In this document: positions 19,348 through 29,859 of the stretch, one piece after another
Layout: each line of letters opens with the position of its first letter
How positions within the stretch are numbered: position 1 is the stretch's first letter
NCBI GenBank assembly: GCA_965204725.1
Contig: OZ242005.1
Coordinates: 1,504,001 to 1,568,000 of the forward strand
DNA length: 64,000 bases
From: Candidatus Latescibacterota bacterium
GTDB taxonomy: Bacteria; Latescibacterota; UBA2968; UBA8231
Direction: 5' to 3'
The notes under the pieces: model-generated
Databases searched by the model: none
Told to the model about the DNA's origin: nothing
What the model saw: only the letters and a program-made list of their open reading frames with translations
Position numbers and translations under genes: made by a program

Positions 19348-21984
19348 GTGAGACGGATGCTTTACTCAGCAGTTGTCGCGGCCGGCGTCGCGTTTTTGTG
19401 CGTGTGCGATGCGGCTTTTGCCCAGCGGGTCGGTTTTCTCACCGGGCGCGAACCGCGCGGCGTGGATGTCTATGAGATGGCCATGACGCCGGCGCAGCGG
19501 AAATGGCAGTATCCGCAAAGCCTGCACAAATTTTACCGCTGGACCGGCGAGGAATACAGCAACTACGCCCGCGAAAACTACGAGCGGTACGTGGGGACTG
19601 AACTGGAGGGATTTCGCACGTACGATCTGTACGGCAACTACATCACGCGCGGCTTTGAGGTGTACACCTGGGCGATTGACAGCCCGGTGACGTCCGGCAG
19701 CGAGGTGCGGAAAGGGCGCTACTACTCAGGGTGGTTTAGCGGCCTGATCGTCTCGTCCATGTCCAAAGGGCAGTTCTACTCGTCCATGACCATTGGCGAG
19801 GCCCTGCGCACCACCCTGACGCCGCTGACCTTTTCCAAGCCCACCTTCAACGGGGTGCAGTGGGACTTTGCCGCCGACAAGTACCAGATGACCTTGTTGG
19901 CGTCGCGCTTGGCCTCCCCGGGCACGGCCGTGGCCCTTGAAAACTCGCTCGGCCAAATTTTGGGCGACATGACCAATCTCTTCGGCACGCACGCCAAGGT
20001 CCAGCTCGGAGATTTCTCCAAGCTGGGCTTTACCTATCTGAACATTGCCAACTTTTCCACCGGTCGCAAATTGGGCGACAACTCGCTCAAAGGCGTGTTG
20101 ACCGAGGCCCAAAACGGCGGCAATGTCGAGACGATCGTCCTGCGGCTGTCCGACGATTCGCCCGAAGACGGCGTGGGCGGTGCCCAGCTTTTTGCCGAGC
20201 GCATCATCATCAATGGGGTCAATCACCCGGAGATCGTCCCCTCGCCGCGCGGCGGGGTGCGGCGCGCCGGCGTGATTGAGGCCAATGGGGCCGAAACGCT
20301 GGAGCTGACCTACAACATCGCCCGCGACTTCCGCCAGCAGCCCGACGACGAGATCACCACGTTTCAGGAGATCAGCGAGATCGAGTTCGAGCTGGTCATC
20401 GCCAACGACTACCGCATTGAGAGCACCTCCAACCTGCAAGTCAATGCCCAGGGCGAGCCGGTGTTTTTGGAGGTCGAGCGCGCCCACGGCAACGTCAGCG
20501 ACGGGTCCAACCAGCGCTTTATCCGCTTTGAATACGGCCTGCCCACCGGCAAGGACATCATTGGCGTCAACCTAGATGTGGACGACATCAAGGGCTTTAA
20601 TCTGCGCTCGGAAATTGCCCTCAGCCGGGCGTTTCGCCGCTTTCCCAACCAAAACTTCCAAGAACACACCCTCGCCCAAGACGATGGCTTGGCGTACTAC
20701 CTCACGGCCTCGCAGGATGCCTATCCGTTCTTTGCGTACGGAGAATTCTACCGCCTAGAGCCGGAGTACCAGACCAATGCGTTCATCACGGATGCGCGGG
20801 GGTTTATCGACTACGAACACCCCGAGCGCCACACCTTTGAGGCGGTGGACGACAACGACGACCAAGACCGCTTTCCCGACTGGAAGCGCTTGTGGCAAAA
20901 CGGCGACAACGCGTTTGGCCAAACGCCTTTTGGCACCGGCGGCCAAGCCGACCCACAAGTCTTTCCCGGGTACGACGAAAACGCGGACTTCATCTCGGAC
21001 TTCAACCAAAACGACAACAATCAGCCGGATTTCGCCGAGCCGTTTCTGCGCTACAACGTCGATCCGCCCCAGTTTCTCTTTGGCGTGGATATGAACAACA
21101 ACAACGTCATCGACCGCTTTGAGAACGACACCTTTGCCGACTATCCCTACCGACACGACCGCGACGGGTACAACGTGTACGGGGGGGCCTACCTAACCGA
21201 AGGCATTAAGATGACGGTCGGCTACTCAGCGGCCGACGAAATAAGCTCCAAGCGCCGCGCACAGATGAGCTATGCGGTGCTCACCGGTCAGTGGAAGTGG
21301 CCGGGCATTGAGGCTCAGGCGTTCCAGTACGTCCGCTCGGTGCGAGACGACATTGAAGACCATGTAATCGAATGGGTTGATCCCGATGGCTTTAGAGAAG
21401 CCTTGGACCCGCTCATCGCCCAAGACGCTTTGGTCTGGACCGGCTACCTGACGTTCGATTACCTGCGCCTCAAAAACCTGAACGTCTATAACAAGGTGAA
21501 GTACGATTGGTTTAGGCAGCGCGGCGAGCAGGCCGAGGTCAAAGACAATCGCCTCTTTTTGGGCGTGATCAACAAGGTGGATTACCCGCTGCCGATTACC
21601 GACAACCTGTCTTTCTGGCCGCGCTACAAGAGCGTCTTCCGCAAGATCAATCCGACCTTTAGCACCGACCTCGACATCACCGAGTGGTCGCAGTTTTACA
21701 TGCTGACCTCCAAGTACTTCGTCCTGCCCGGGACCTTTATCGAATACGGCGTCGAGTTCAACCTGTTCCGCAACCTCGAAGAGCGGCCAGAGATTTTGCC
21801 GCCCGGGTACGTGGATGACTTCACAGGTTCGGTGCTGGCCTTGCAGCTTTCCAACAAATCGGCGTACCTCGGCTACGCGCTGACCATGAATACGGGTTTT
21901 CGCTGGGAGCGCCGGGCCTTTGCCGAAGCGACCGAAACCAACTCGCTGCTCTTCATCCGAGTCTTCGTGGGGCTCCAAGAGTAG
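19348..21984 (+). CDS. Large secreted/outer-membrane protein, predicted beta-barrel with Asp/Asn-rich Ca-binding loops
   Basis: GGGAGGG RBS before GTG, signal peptide. Alternating hydrophobic strands in the C-terminal third ending LFIRVFVGLQE. DDNDDQD and DMNNNNVID motifs. Confidence 0.6.
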   Translation: MRRMLYSAVVAAGVAFLCVCDAAFAQRVGFLTGREPRGVDVYEMAMTPAQRKWQYPQSLHKFYRWTGEEYSNYARENYERYVGTELEGFRTYDLYGNYITRGFEVYTWAIDSPVTSGSEVRKGRYYSGWFSGLIVSSMSKGQFYSSMTIGEALRTTLTPLTFSKPTFNGVQWDFAADKYQMTLLASRLASPGTAVALENSLGQILGDMTNLFGTHAKVQLGDFSKLGFTYLNIANFSTGRKLGDNSLKGVLTEAQNGGNVETIVLRLSDDSPEDGVGGAQLFAERIIINGVNHPEIVPSPRGGVRRAGVIEANGAETLELTYNIARDFRQQPDDEITTFQEISEIEFELVIANDYRIESTSNLQVNAQGEPVFLEVERAHGNVSDGSNQRFIRFEYGLPTGKDIIGVNLDVDDIKGFNLRSEIALSRAFRRFPNQNFQEHTLAQDDGLAYYLTASQDAYPFFAYGEFYRLEPEYQTNAFITDARGFIDYEHPERHTFEAVDDNDDQDRFPDWKRLWQNGDNAFGQTPFGTGGQADPQVFPGYDENADFISDFNQNDNNQPDFAEPFLRYNVDPPQFLFGVDMNNNNVIDRFENDTFADYPYRHDRDGYNVYGGAYLTEGIKMTVGYSAADEISSKRRAQMSYAVLTGQWKWPGIEAQAFQYVRSVRDDIEDHVIEWVDPDGFREALDPLIAQDALVWTGYLTFDYLRLKNLNVYNKVKYDWFRQRGEQAEVKDNRLFLGVINKVDYPLPITDNLSFWPRYKSVFRKINPTFSTDLDITEWSQFYMLTSKYFVLPGTFIEYGVEFNLFRNLEERPEILPPGYVDDFTGSVLALQLSNKSAYLGYALTMNTGFRWERRAFAEATETNSLLFIRVFVGLQE

Positions 21985-21992
21985 GGGGTATT

Positions 21993-23273
21993 TTGTGGAT
22001 CCAAAGTGCCCGGCGGACGCTAGCGGAGATGCCGGGCGCTGTACTGCCCATTGCCGTGGCTTGGGTCGGCCTCTGCGGAGCGGTCGGCTGTGACGCCCCG
22101 CAACGCCACATCCCCAAAAAGCCTGCCGCGCTCCAACCCCTCGCGTTTTATCAGCGTGCCTACGAGCAAAATCCCGCCGACCCAGAGGTGCTTTCGGCCT
22201 TGGGGTGGCTCTATCTGCAAAAGGACCGCACGCGCCGCGCCGTCGCCGTGCTGTCCGAGTGGGTCGCGGTCGCGCCCGACGATGCGGATGGGCACTACTA
22301 CCTCGGGGTCGCGCTCGCCAAAGAGCACCGCAAGAGCGAAGCGATCGCCTCCTTTAAGCGCGCGCTCGAACAGGCGCCGGCTTTTGCCGAGGTGTACTGG
22401 GCCTTGGCCCTGTTATACAACGAAAGAGGAGAGGGGTACGAACAGGCTGTTGCCGCGGCCGAAGCAGGGCTGCAACTGGCCGGTCAGAGCGGCTATGGGC
22501 ACTTTGTGTTGGGCTTTGTGCTGTGTTCGCGCGGCGACAATGAAAACGCCCAGACCGCGCTTATGAAGGCCATTGAACTCGATCCCGGCTTGGCGCACGC
22601 CCATTACTACTTGGCGCTCTTATACTTGCGGGCGCAGGACGATGAGCGCGCCATGGCCGCGATGGAGCAGACCCTTGCCGCCGACCGAGGGTACACCGCG
22701 GCCTATTACAGCTTGGGTACGCTCTATGCGCGCACCGGTCGCGTGGCCGCAGGGGAGCGCATGATCGAGCTTTTCCAGCAGTTGAGCAGCGCGACGATGG
22801 ACGAAGATCACTACCGCCGCTTGCTCTACCGCCAAGCTGTGCCGCTCGCCGCCGACAAGCGGGCGGCCACGCATTTTAACTTGGGGCTGGTGTATTGGCG
22901 CAGAAACGAGCTCGCAGCCGCCCTAGAGCAGTTTGAGGCGGCCTTGGCCCTCGATTCTACGTACGCGGAAGCCAGCCACAACATTGGGGTGATCTATTCG
23001 CTGCAAGCGCGCCACGCGGCCGCTCGGCCCTTTTTGCTGCGTGCGGTCCGCCACAAGCCCGACTACGCTTTGGCGTTTGAGAACCTAGGCAACAACAGCT
23101 TGGCCCTCGGGGAGTACGAAGAAGCGGTCGTTGCATTTCGCCGCGCCTTGGCCCTCGACGCGAGCATGGTCTCGGCACTCGACGGCTTGGGGACTGCGCT
23201 GATTCAGCAGGGACTCGTGGACCAAGGCCGGGCGGCCCGCGCCGAGGCGGCCGCCTTGAGAGCGCAGCAGTAA
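21993..23273 (+). CDS. TPR-repeat lipoprotein
   Basis: 'AVGC' lipobox-like site and about 10 TPR units (AHYYLA, AYYSLG, THFNLG). Start may be ATG 22029. Confidence 0.85.
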   Translation: MWIQSARRTLAEMPGAVLPIAVAWVGLCGAVGCDAPQRHIPKKPAALQPLAFYQRAYEQNPADPEVLSALGWLYLQKDRTRRAVAVLSEWVAVAPDDADGHYYLGVALAKEHRKSEAIASFKRALEQAPAFAEVYWALALLYNERGEGYEQAVAAAEAGLQLAGQSGYGHFVLGFVLCSRGDNENAQTALMKAIELDPGLAHAHYYLALLYLRAQDDERAMAAMEQTLAADRGYTAAYYSLGTLYARTGRVAAGERMIELFQQLSSATMDEDHYRRLLYRQAVPLAADKRAATHFNLGLVYWRRNELAAALEQFEAALALDSTYAEASHNIGVIYSLQARHAAARPFLLRAVRHKPDYALAFENLGNNSLALGEYEEAVVAFRRALALDASMVSALDGLGTALIQQGLVDQGRAARAEAAALRAQQ

Positions 23274-24953
23274 ATGCGGTGGGTACTCGCGGTTGTTTGG
23301 ACGTTGGTAGGGTGCGCCAGCGAAAAGGCGCGGCCCCTTTTCGTGGATGTAGCGGCCGAAGCGGGCGTTGACTTGCGCACCGTATCGGGAACGCCGCAAA
23401 AGGAGCACATCGTCGAATGCAACACCGGCGGGACGGCCCTGTTCGACTACGACCTCGACGGCGACGTGGATATTTTCATCGTCAACGGCACCCGCCTCGC
23501 TGGATATGCCCCGGGCCGCGAACCCCGCGCCGAGCTGTACCGCAACGATGGGGCTTGGCGCTTTACGGGCGTGGGCCGCGAGGCGGGCGTCGCGCACGTG
23601 GGCTGGGGCATGGGGGTTGCGGCGACCGACTACAACGGGGATGGCTGGCCCGATCTGTACTTGGCCAACTTTGGCCCCAACGCCCTGTACGAAAACGAGG
23701 GCGACGGCACGTTCGTGGATGTGGCGGCCGAGCGGGGCGTCAACTTTAGCGGCTGGAGCTCGGCTGCGGCCTTTGGCGACTACGACCTCGATGGCGACTT
23801 GGACTTTTACTTGGCTAATTACATTGACTTTGACCCGGCGTTCCGGCCGGCCGATCCGAGCTTTTGCACTTGGCGCGGGCTGGATGTATTCTGCGGCCCT
23901 CGCGGGATGCCGGGCGAGCGGGATCACTTCTATCGCAACGACGGCCCCGACGCGGGTTGGGCCTTTGCCGAGGCGAGCGCGGCCATTGCCGACTACGAGT
24001 ACTATGGCTTTGCCGCGCTGGCCGGCGACTGGGACGAAGACGGCGACTTGGATATATACATTGCCAATGATTCGACGCCGAATGTGCTCTACCGCAACGA
24101 CCGGGGCGCGTTTGCCGACGTAGCGCTTTTGTCGGCGCTCGCGTACAGCGAGGACGGCCGCGAACAGGGCGGCATGGGCTTGGCGGCCGGGGACTATGAT
24201 CGCGACGGCGATTTCGACCTCTTTGTCACCAATTTTTCGCACGACAACAATGCGCTCTACGAGAACAAGGGCCGGGGGTTTTTCACCGACGTCAGCTTTA
24301 GTTCGGCCCTGGGTCGGGCGAGCATTAGCTCCTTGGGGTGGGGGACGGGTTTTTTCGATTACGACAACGATGGCGACGACGATTTGTTTGTCGCCAACGG
24401 CCACGTGTACCCGGCCGTTGACCGCGGCGACTTGGGGACCCGCTACGCCCAGCGCAACCATCTATTTGAGAATCGTGCGGGCACTTTCGCCGAGGTGGGT
24501 GCCGGCCCCGGCCTAGCGGTGGAAAAGTCGAGCCGCGGCTCGGCCTTTGGCGACTTGGACAACGACGGCGACTTGGACATCGTGGTTGTCAATATCGACG
24601 ACACGCCGACCTTGCTGCGCAACGACGGGGGCAATCGCCACAACTACCTGATGGTGCGGCTCATGGGTACAGGCGGCAATTTAGACGCGATTGGGGCGCG
24701 GGTCGCGGTGGTGGTGGGCGGGGCGGTGCAGATGCGGGAGCTACGCGCCGGCACCGGGTATCTGTCGCAGGACGACCTGCGGCTACACTTCGGCTTGGGG
24801 TCGGCGACCGAGGCCGATTCCCTCGTGGTGCGCTGGCCCGATGGGATGGAGGAGCGCATCGACCGGGTGGCGGGCAACCGGCTGATCACCATTCGGCGCG
24901 GCGCGGGCCTCATCGCCGAGGGGTTTGGGCCTGTACCGAGGCCGGGGCTGTGA
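23274..24953 (+). CDS. CRTAC1-family protein (FG-GAP/VCBS repeats plus ASPIC/UnbV)
   Basis: Repeated DYDxDGDxD motifs, 'SSRGSAFGDLDNDGDLD', 'DAIGARV', 'YLSQ..LRLHFGLG'. Confidence 0.9.
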   Translation: MRWVLAVVWTLVGCASEKARPLFVDVAAEAGVDLRTVSGTPQKEHIVECNTGGTALFDYDLDGDVDIFIVNGTRLAGYAPGREPRAELYRNDGAWRFTGVGREAGVAHVGWGMGVAATDYNGDGWPDLYLANFGPNALYENEGDGTFVDVAAERGVNFSGWSSAAAFGDYDLDGDLDFYLANYIDFDPAFRPADPSFCTWRGLDVFCGPRGMPGERDHFYRNDGPDAGWAFAEASAAIADYEYYGFAALAGDWDEDGDLDIYIANDSTPNVLYRNDRGAFADVALLSALAYSEDGREQGGMGLAAGDYDRDGDFDLFVTNFSHDNNALYENKGRGFFTDVSFSSALGRASISSLGWGTGFFDYDNDGDDDLFVANGHVYPAVDRGDLGTRYAQRNHLFENRAGTFAEVGAGPGLAVEKSSRGSAFGDLDNDGDLDIVVVNIDDTPTLLRNDGGNRHNYLMVRLMGTGGNLDAIGARVAVVVGGAVQMRELRAGTGYLSQDDLRLHFGLGSATEADSLVVRWPDGMEERIDRVAGNRLITIRRGAGLIAEGFGPVPRPGL

Positions 24954-26569
24954 AGGTGCGCTACGGAATGGTGCTGCTATTTTGTTGCAGTGCGGCGGCG
25001 GACTCGCGTTTTGTCGATGTCGCGCAATCGGCTGGGATTGATTTCGTCCATCGCAGCGGCGCGACCGGGGCGCGCTATTTGCCCGAGACTTATGGCTCTG
25101 GGGCTGCGTTTTTGGACTTTGACGGCGATGGGGCGCTCGATCTCTACTTGGTCAACTCCGGGCGGCTGCCCGCGCTCTCAACCGCGCCCGTAGCGGCCAA
25201 CGCGCTCTATCGCAACGAGGGCGCGGGCCGCTTCTCCGCGCAGAACGCCGGCGTCGGCGACCGCGGCTACGGCATGGGCGCGACCGTCGGCGACTTTGAC
25301 AACGACGGCTGGGCCGACCTCTACGTCACCAATTTTGGCCCCAACGCGCTCTTCCACAATCGCGGTGCGGGCCGCTTTGCCGACGTCACTACCTCCGCCG
25401 GTGTGGGGTGCCCGCGCTGGGGGACGAGCGCGGCCTTTGCCGATGTGGATCTCGACGGGGATTTGGACTTATTCGTCGGCAACTACCTCGACTATCCAAC
25501 CGCAGATCCGCTCGTGTGCCGGGTTGGCACTAGCGAGGAGCGGCTCTATTGCGACCCGCGCAAGTTCGGCGGCGCGGTCGATCGCCTCTATATCAATCAA
25601 CGAGGAGCCTTTGCCGACCGCACGGCGGCCTTTGGGCTGGTCAGCACGGCCGGCAAGGAGCTGGGAGTCGTCTTTGGCGACTACGACCAAGACGGCGATC
25701 CAGACCTGTACTTGGCCAACGACCTCGTGCCCAACATACTCTACCGCAACGACGGCGCGCGCTTTGTCGATCGCGGGCTGGCCAGCGGTACGAGCCTCAA
25801 TGGCGAAGGGGGCGTTGAGGCCGGGATGGGGGTTGACATGGCCGATGCCGATGGCGATGGCTACTTGGATTTGTTCGTGACCAACTTCCAGTGGGAGAGC
25901 AACACCCTGTACCGCAACTTGGGCGGAACGTTCTTTGCCGACGCGACCGTGGCGGCCGGTATCACCCGCGCCAGCATGGCCTTTTTGGGGTTTGGCACGG
26001 GGTTTTTCGATTTCGACAACGACGGCGATCTCGATTTGTTCGTCGCCAATGGCCACGTGTACGACAATGTGGAAAAGGTCGATCGGGCGGCTGAATACGC
26101 CCAGCGCAACCAGCTTTTGGAAAACGTCGGCGCGGGCACTTTTGTCGACCGCGGCGACCTCGGCCCGGGCCTCTCGCTCGTGCAGGTCAGTCGCGGCAGT
26201 GCCTTCGGCGACATCGACGGCGACGGCGACTTGGATATTGCGGTGAACAACTCCAACGATCGGCCGGCCCTCTTGCGCAACGATGCGAACGGCGGGGGTT
26301 GGTTGGGGCTTAGGTTGCAGGGCGCGGCGAGCAATCGCGACGCCATTGGGGCGCGGGTTGAGCTGACGACCGGCGGCCGCACCCTCGTGCGCGAGGTGCG
26401 CCGCAACGCGAGCTATCTATCGTCGCACGACCCCCGCGTGCTCTTTGGCCTCGGAAACGCCGAGGTTGCCGAGCGCGTGGAGATTCGCTGGCCGTCCGGT
26501 GTCGTCCAAGTCGTCGAGGCCCTGCCGGGGCGACAATACGTGGTCATACAGGAGGAGGCGAGCCGGTGA
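24950..26569 (+). CDS. CRTAC1-family protein (FG-GAP/VCBS repeats plus ASPIC/UnbV)
   Basis: Same motif set as the upstream paralog. GTGA overlap. Confidence 0.9.
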   Translation: MKVRYGMVLLFCCSAAADSRFVDVAQSAGIDFVHRSGATGARYLPETYGSGAAFLDFDGDGALDLYLVNSGRLPALSTAPVAANALYRNEGAGRFSAQNAGVGDRGYGMGATVGDFDNDGWADLYVTNFGPNALFHNRGAGRFADVTTSAGVGCPRWGTSAAFADVDLDGDLDLFVGNYLDYPTADPLVCRVGTSEERLYCDPRKFGGAVDRLYINQRGAFADRTAAFGLVSTAGKELGVVFGDYDQDGDPDLYLANDLVPNILYRNDGARFVDRGLASGTSLNGEGGVEAGMGVDMADADGDGYLDLFVTNFQWESNTLYRNLGGTFFADATVAAGITRASMAFLGFGTGFFDFDNDGDLDLFVANGHVYDNVEKVDRAAEYAQRNQLLENVGAGTFVDRGDLGPGLSLVQVSRGSAFGDIDGDGDLDIAVNNSNDRPALLRNDANGGGWLGLRLQGAASNRDAIGARVELTTGGRTLVREVRRNASYLSSHDPRVLFGLGNAEVAERVEIRWPSGVVQVVEALPGRQYVVIQEEASR

Positions 26570-27954
26570 TTACATGGGTTTCACTCGCACTCAGCGTCGC
26601 GCTGGTCGCTAGCTGCCAGCCCGAGCCCGAAGCGCCGCCCGAGCCGCCGGTAGTACAGCCGCCGCCGGTGGAGGACCCGCTGCTGGTTGGGCGCGCCCTA
26701 TTGCGGCAGAAGCGCTATGCGGACGCGCGGGCGGCGTACGAGCAAGCGCGGAAGCGCCATCCCCAGTCCGGCGAGGTGCTGGCTACGCTGGGCCGAATTC
26801 ACTTGGCCTTGGGCCAGCCCGACGAGGCGACCCAGTTCTACGAAATGGCCGTGGCCCTCGAAGCTGACCAGCCCGAATGGCTCGTTGCTTTGGGCAATGT
26901 GCATCTCAAGCTAAACCGCTACGACCAAGCCCACTCGGCGTTTGCCGCGGCCTTGGCCTTGGACTCGACCTACGCGCCGGCGCGGCGCAACAAGGCGGCG
27001 GTGTACAGCAAGCAAGGGCGCTTGGGCGACGCAGCGCACGAATACGAGCGTGCGTTGGCCTTGCGGCCCGAACACCTCCACACCCGCTTCAACCTCGGGC
27101 TGGTGTACGCCAGCTTGGGCCGCTATGCAGACGCCAGCGAGGCCCTGCAACAGGTCTTGGTCGCGGCGCCGGACAACGCCCGCGCCCTCTACGCGATGGG
27201 GGATATCTGGCTGCAAGAGGGCGACGACGAAAAAGCGGCCCAGTACTTCGAGCGTACGCTGGCCGCCGACACTACTTATGCGGAGGCGCACCTGCAACTG
27301 GGGCGGATTCAGATGCGCCAAAATGACCTCGCCGCGGCGGCCGATCGCTTCCGCCGAGCCATCCTCATTGAGCCGGGGCTGGCCGAGTCCTTCCGGCTGC
27401 TGGGCCAAATTCACCTGCGGCAGGGCCGTGCGAGGGCCGGCGAAAAATCCCTCGCGGCCTACGAAAAGATCAAGCAGGTCGAGGGGGAAATACAGCACTA
27501 CCGCGAGCGGCTGCGCAGCGATCCAGACGACGCCGAGGCGCATTACAGCTTGGGGTTTACCTACAATCGCTTGGGCTTTACTGGCGTGGCTCTGCCGCAC
27601 TACGCGCAGGCCGTGCGGATCAATCCCGCGCACGTGCGGGCGCTGAACAACATGGGCAACATCTTGTTGCGCACCGGCCATTTCGAGCAAGCAGCCGCGG
27701 CCTATCAGCAGATTATTGAGCAAGACCCCGAGCACGTGGCCGCCTTTGCCGCGCTCGGACAGGTGTATTTGAATCAGCAGCGCACGGACGAGGCCATCGC
27801 CATGCTCAACCGCGCCCTCGCGCTCGACGAAAACTGGCTCGGCGCTCACCACGCCTTGGCCGAAGCCTACAAGCGGCTGGGGCAGATCGCCAAAAGCGAA
27901 GAACACAACCGCATGGCCCAAGCCTTGCTTAGAAAGCGAAAAGATGACCAATAA
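26566..27954 (+). CDS. TPR-repeat lipoprotein
   Basis: 'VASC' lipobox, Pro-rich linker, 11-12 TPR units. Confidence 0.85.
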   Translation: MITWVSLALSVALVASCQPEPEAPPEPPVVQPPPVEDPLLVGRALLRQKRYADARAAYEQARKRHPQSGEVLATLGRIHLALGQPDEATQFYEMAVALEADQPEWLVALGNVHLKLNRYDQAHSAFAAALALDSTYAPARRNKAAVYSKQGRLGDAAHEYERALALRPEHLHTRFNLGLVYASLGRYADASEALQQVLVAAPDNARALYAMGDIWLQEGDDEKAAQYFERTLAADTTYAEAHLQLGRIQMRQNDLAAAADRFRRAILIEPGLAESFRLLGQIHLRQGRARAGEKSLAAYEKIKQVEGEIQHYRERLRSDPDDAEAHYSLGFTYNRLGFTGVALPHYAQAVRINPAHVRALNNMGNILLRTGHFEQAAAAYQQIIEQDPEHVAAFAALGQVYLNQQRTDEAIAMLNRALALDENWLGAHHALAEAYKRLGQIAKSEEHNRMAQALLRKRKDDQ

Positions 27955-29680
27955 CGCGAGAAAATGGGCGGGGCTCGTCGCCAGCGCGTGTCTTGTGTGC
28001 TGCGCCCAACCGCCGGCCGCCCCGGTCGCTGGGGGACTTAGTGTGACGGGCACCGCGTTGGCCCAAGTCGGCGACGACCCCATTGACGAGCGCGAGTTCC
28101 GCCGCTACGAGGCCGGGATCCAATCGCAGCACCGCTCGCTCGCCGAGGGCGTGAAGAAGCACCGCGAGCACCTGCTGACCTTGATCGACATCAAGCTCAT
28201 GGTGCGCGAAGCGTACGCGCGGGGGCTGGACCAAAATCCAGAGTGGGTTAAGGCCGTGTCGCTGGCTCGGCACAAGGCCATGGTCGAAGCCTATATACGC
28301 GAGCATGTCGGTCTGCAAATCGAGATTTCCGAAGACGAGCTGCGGGCCAATTTTGCCGCGCATCCGGCCCGCCACGCAGTGCGCGGGGCGCACATTCTGC
28401 TCGACAACCGCGCCCGCGCCGACTCCATCTACGCGGAGATCGAGGCCGGCCGGGCCACTTTTGAGGATATGGCGCGCCAGCATTCGCTGGACGAGGCGAC
28501 TGCGGCCGCTGGGGGCTGGTTTGCTTCGTACTACGCCTTCGACCGGGTCTCCGACCGAGTGTACGAGCGCGTGTTCTCGTTGGATGTCGGCGAGGTCAGC
28601 CCGCCGTTTCGTACGCCCCAAGGCTGGGAGATAGCCAAGGTCGTCGATAAGAAGGAGGTGTCTTTTGAACGGTACCGCTCGGTCATTCAGCGGGCTACTT
28701 TCTTGGAAAAAATCGAAAACTTGCGCAGCGACCACATCGCCGAGTTAGTCGCCGCGAGCGGCTTGCGGCCGGTGGCCGAGCAGGTGCGGCACTTTGTCGC
28801 GGCTTGGAACGAACAGCCGGGGTCGCCCCAGCTCGCGCCCGAAGAGTGGGCCGCGCCCCTGTATGAGTACGACGATGGCGTCATCAGTGTGCAGCAGGGC
28901 AGCTATTTGCTGCACAATACGCGGCTGGGCCATGCGCGCATCGACAGCGCTGTGCTCGACGACCGCATCCGCCGCCGGGGGGCACCGGACCTGCTCTTGG
29001 GCTTGGCGGCCGAGCGCGGTGGATACGCCGAGCGCGCCGAGGTGCAGGAGAAGGTGGAAGCCGAAAAGGAGCGGCTGCTGGTCCAAGCGCTGTGGGAAGC
29101 GTTGCTCGAAGGGAAGGCCCTCACGGTGAGCGAGGAGGAGGCCCGCGCCCACTACGAGGCGCACCCCGAGATGTACTGGGCGCCGGAGGAAATCGTCGTC
29201 CAAGAAATCATGGTGGCCGACGAGGGGCTCGCCCAAGAGTTGCTGGAGCAAATTCGCAACGGGGCCGACATGGCCGCGCTCGCCACCAAGCACAGCATCC
29301 GCCGCGACGCGGACGAAAACGGCGGCCTCTACGCGCTGCGCTCCTTTGAAAAGGTCGTTTATAAGGAGCTGATGGATGCGGCCATAGCCGCGCCGGAAAG
29401 GGAATTGCAGGGGCCGATTGAACTGGTCAGCCCCTTGCCTTCGTCCCTGCGCGACCCGCGTCCCTTAGAAAGGGCCTTTTCGATCTTCAGGGTTTTGCAG
29501 CACCGGCCCAAGCGGGTGCAAGAATACGACTTGAGCCAACAGAAGGCCCACTACTTGGCCCGGCAAGAAAAGCAGCAGCGCACCCTGCGCGACCTCAGCC
29601 TTGAGTTGCGAGACAAGTGGCACCATGAATGGGGCATCAATCCCGACGCGCTGGCCCAGTACGCGCAGGCTCAGCACTGA
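27944..29680 (+). CDS. Parvulin-type peptidyl-prolyl isomerase/foldase lipoprotein (SurA/PrsA-like, two rotamase domains)
   Basis: 'HILL', 'FEDMARQHSLD..TA..GG', 'GEVSPPFRT..GW.I'. Second domain 'QEIMV...ADMAALATKHS'. Confidence 0.8.
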   Translation: MTNNARKWAGLVASACLVCCAQPPAAPVAGGLSVTGTALAQVGDDPIDEREFRRYEAGIQSQHRSLAEGVKKHREHLLTLIDIKLMVREAYARGLDQNPEWVKAVSLARHKAMVEAYIREHVGLQIEISEDELRANFAAHPARHAVRGAHILLDNRARADSIYAEIEAGRATFEDMARQHSLDEATAAAGGWFASYYAFDRVSDRVYERVFSLDVGEVSPPFRTPQGWEIAKVVDKKEVSFERYRSVIQRATFLEKIENLRSDHIAELVAASGLRPVAEQVRHFVAAWNEQPGSPQLAPEEWAAPLYEYDDGVISVQQGSYLLHNTRLGHARIDSAVLDDRIRRRGAPDLLLGLAAERGGYAERAEVQEKVEAEKERLLVQALWEALLEGKALTVSEEEARAHYEAHPEMYWAPEEIVVQEIMVADEGLAQELLEQIRNGADMAALATKHSIRRDADENGGLYALRSFEKVVYKELMDAAIAAPERELQGPIELVSPLPSSLRDPRPLERAFSIFRVLQHRPKRVQEYDLSQQKAHYLARQEKQQRTLRDLSLELRDKWHHEWGINPDALAQYAQAQH

Positions 29681-29714
29681 TGTAGAGAAAACAGGGCCGA
29701 TTTGTTAAATTTTT

Positions 29715-29827
29715 TTACTACACGACACCCGCCCTCCGCCTGCCTGGGATCGAGGGCGGGACGCCCTCGATCCCGGGTGCAACGGGAACACCCGAAAAGG
29801 TGGACGCAAAGCAAGGGTCGCGTACTT
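29715..29827. repeat. REP/MITE-like element, copy 1 (one hairpin)
   Basis: Palindrome GGGATCGAGGGC-gggac-GCCCTCGATCCC (29746-29774). Flanks align with 40722-40854. Confidence 0.75.
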
Positions 29828-29859
29828 GGAATTTTTATATTGCTAGCAGGAGGAAATGT

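Noticed and set aside
23085-28735. Long antisense ORFs (e.g. 23085-24461, 26911-28083; also 11071-12498, 32028-33191, 50006-51241)
   Set aside because: Shadow frames of GC-rich genes with clear family motifs on the opposite strand; they have no RBS or motifs of their own.
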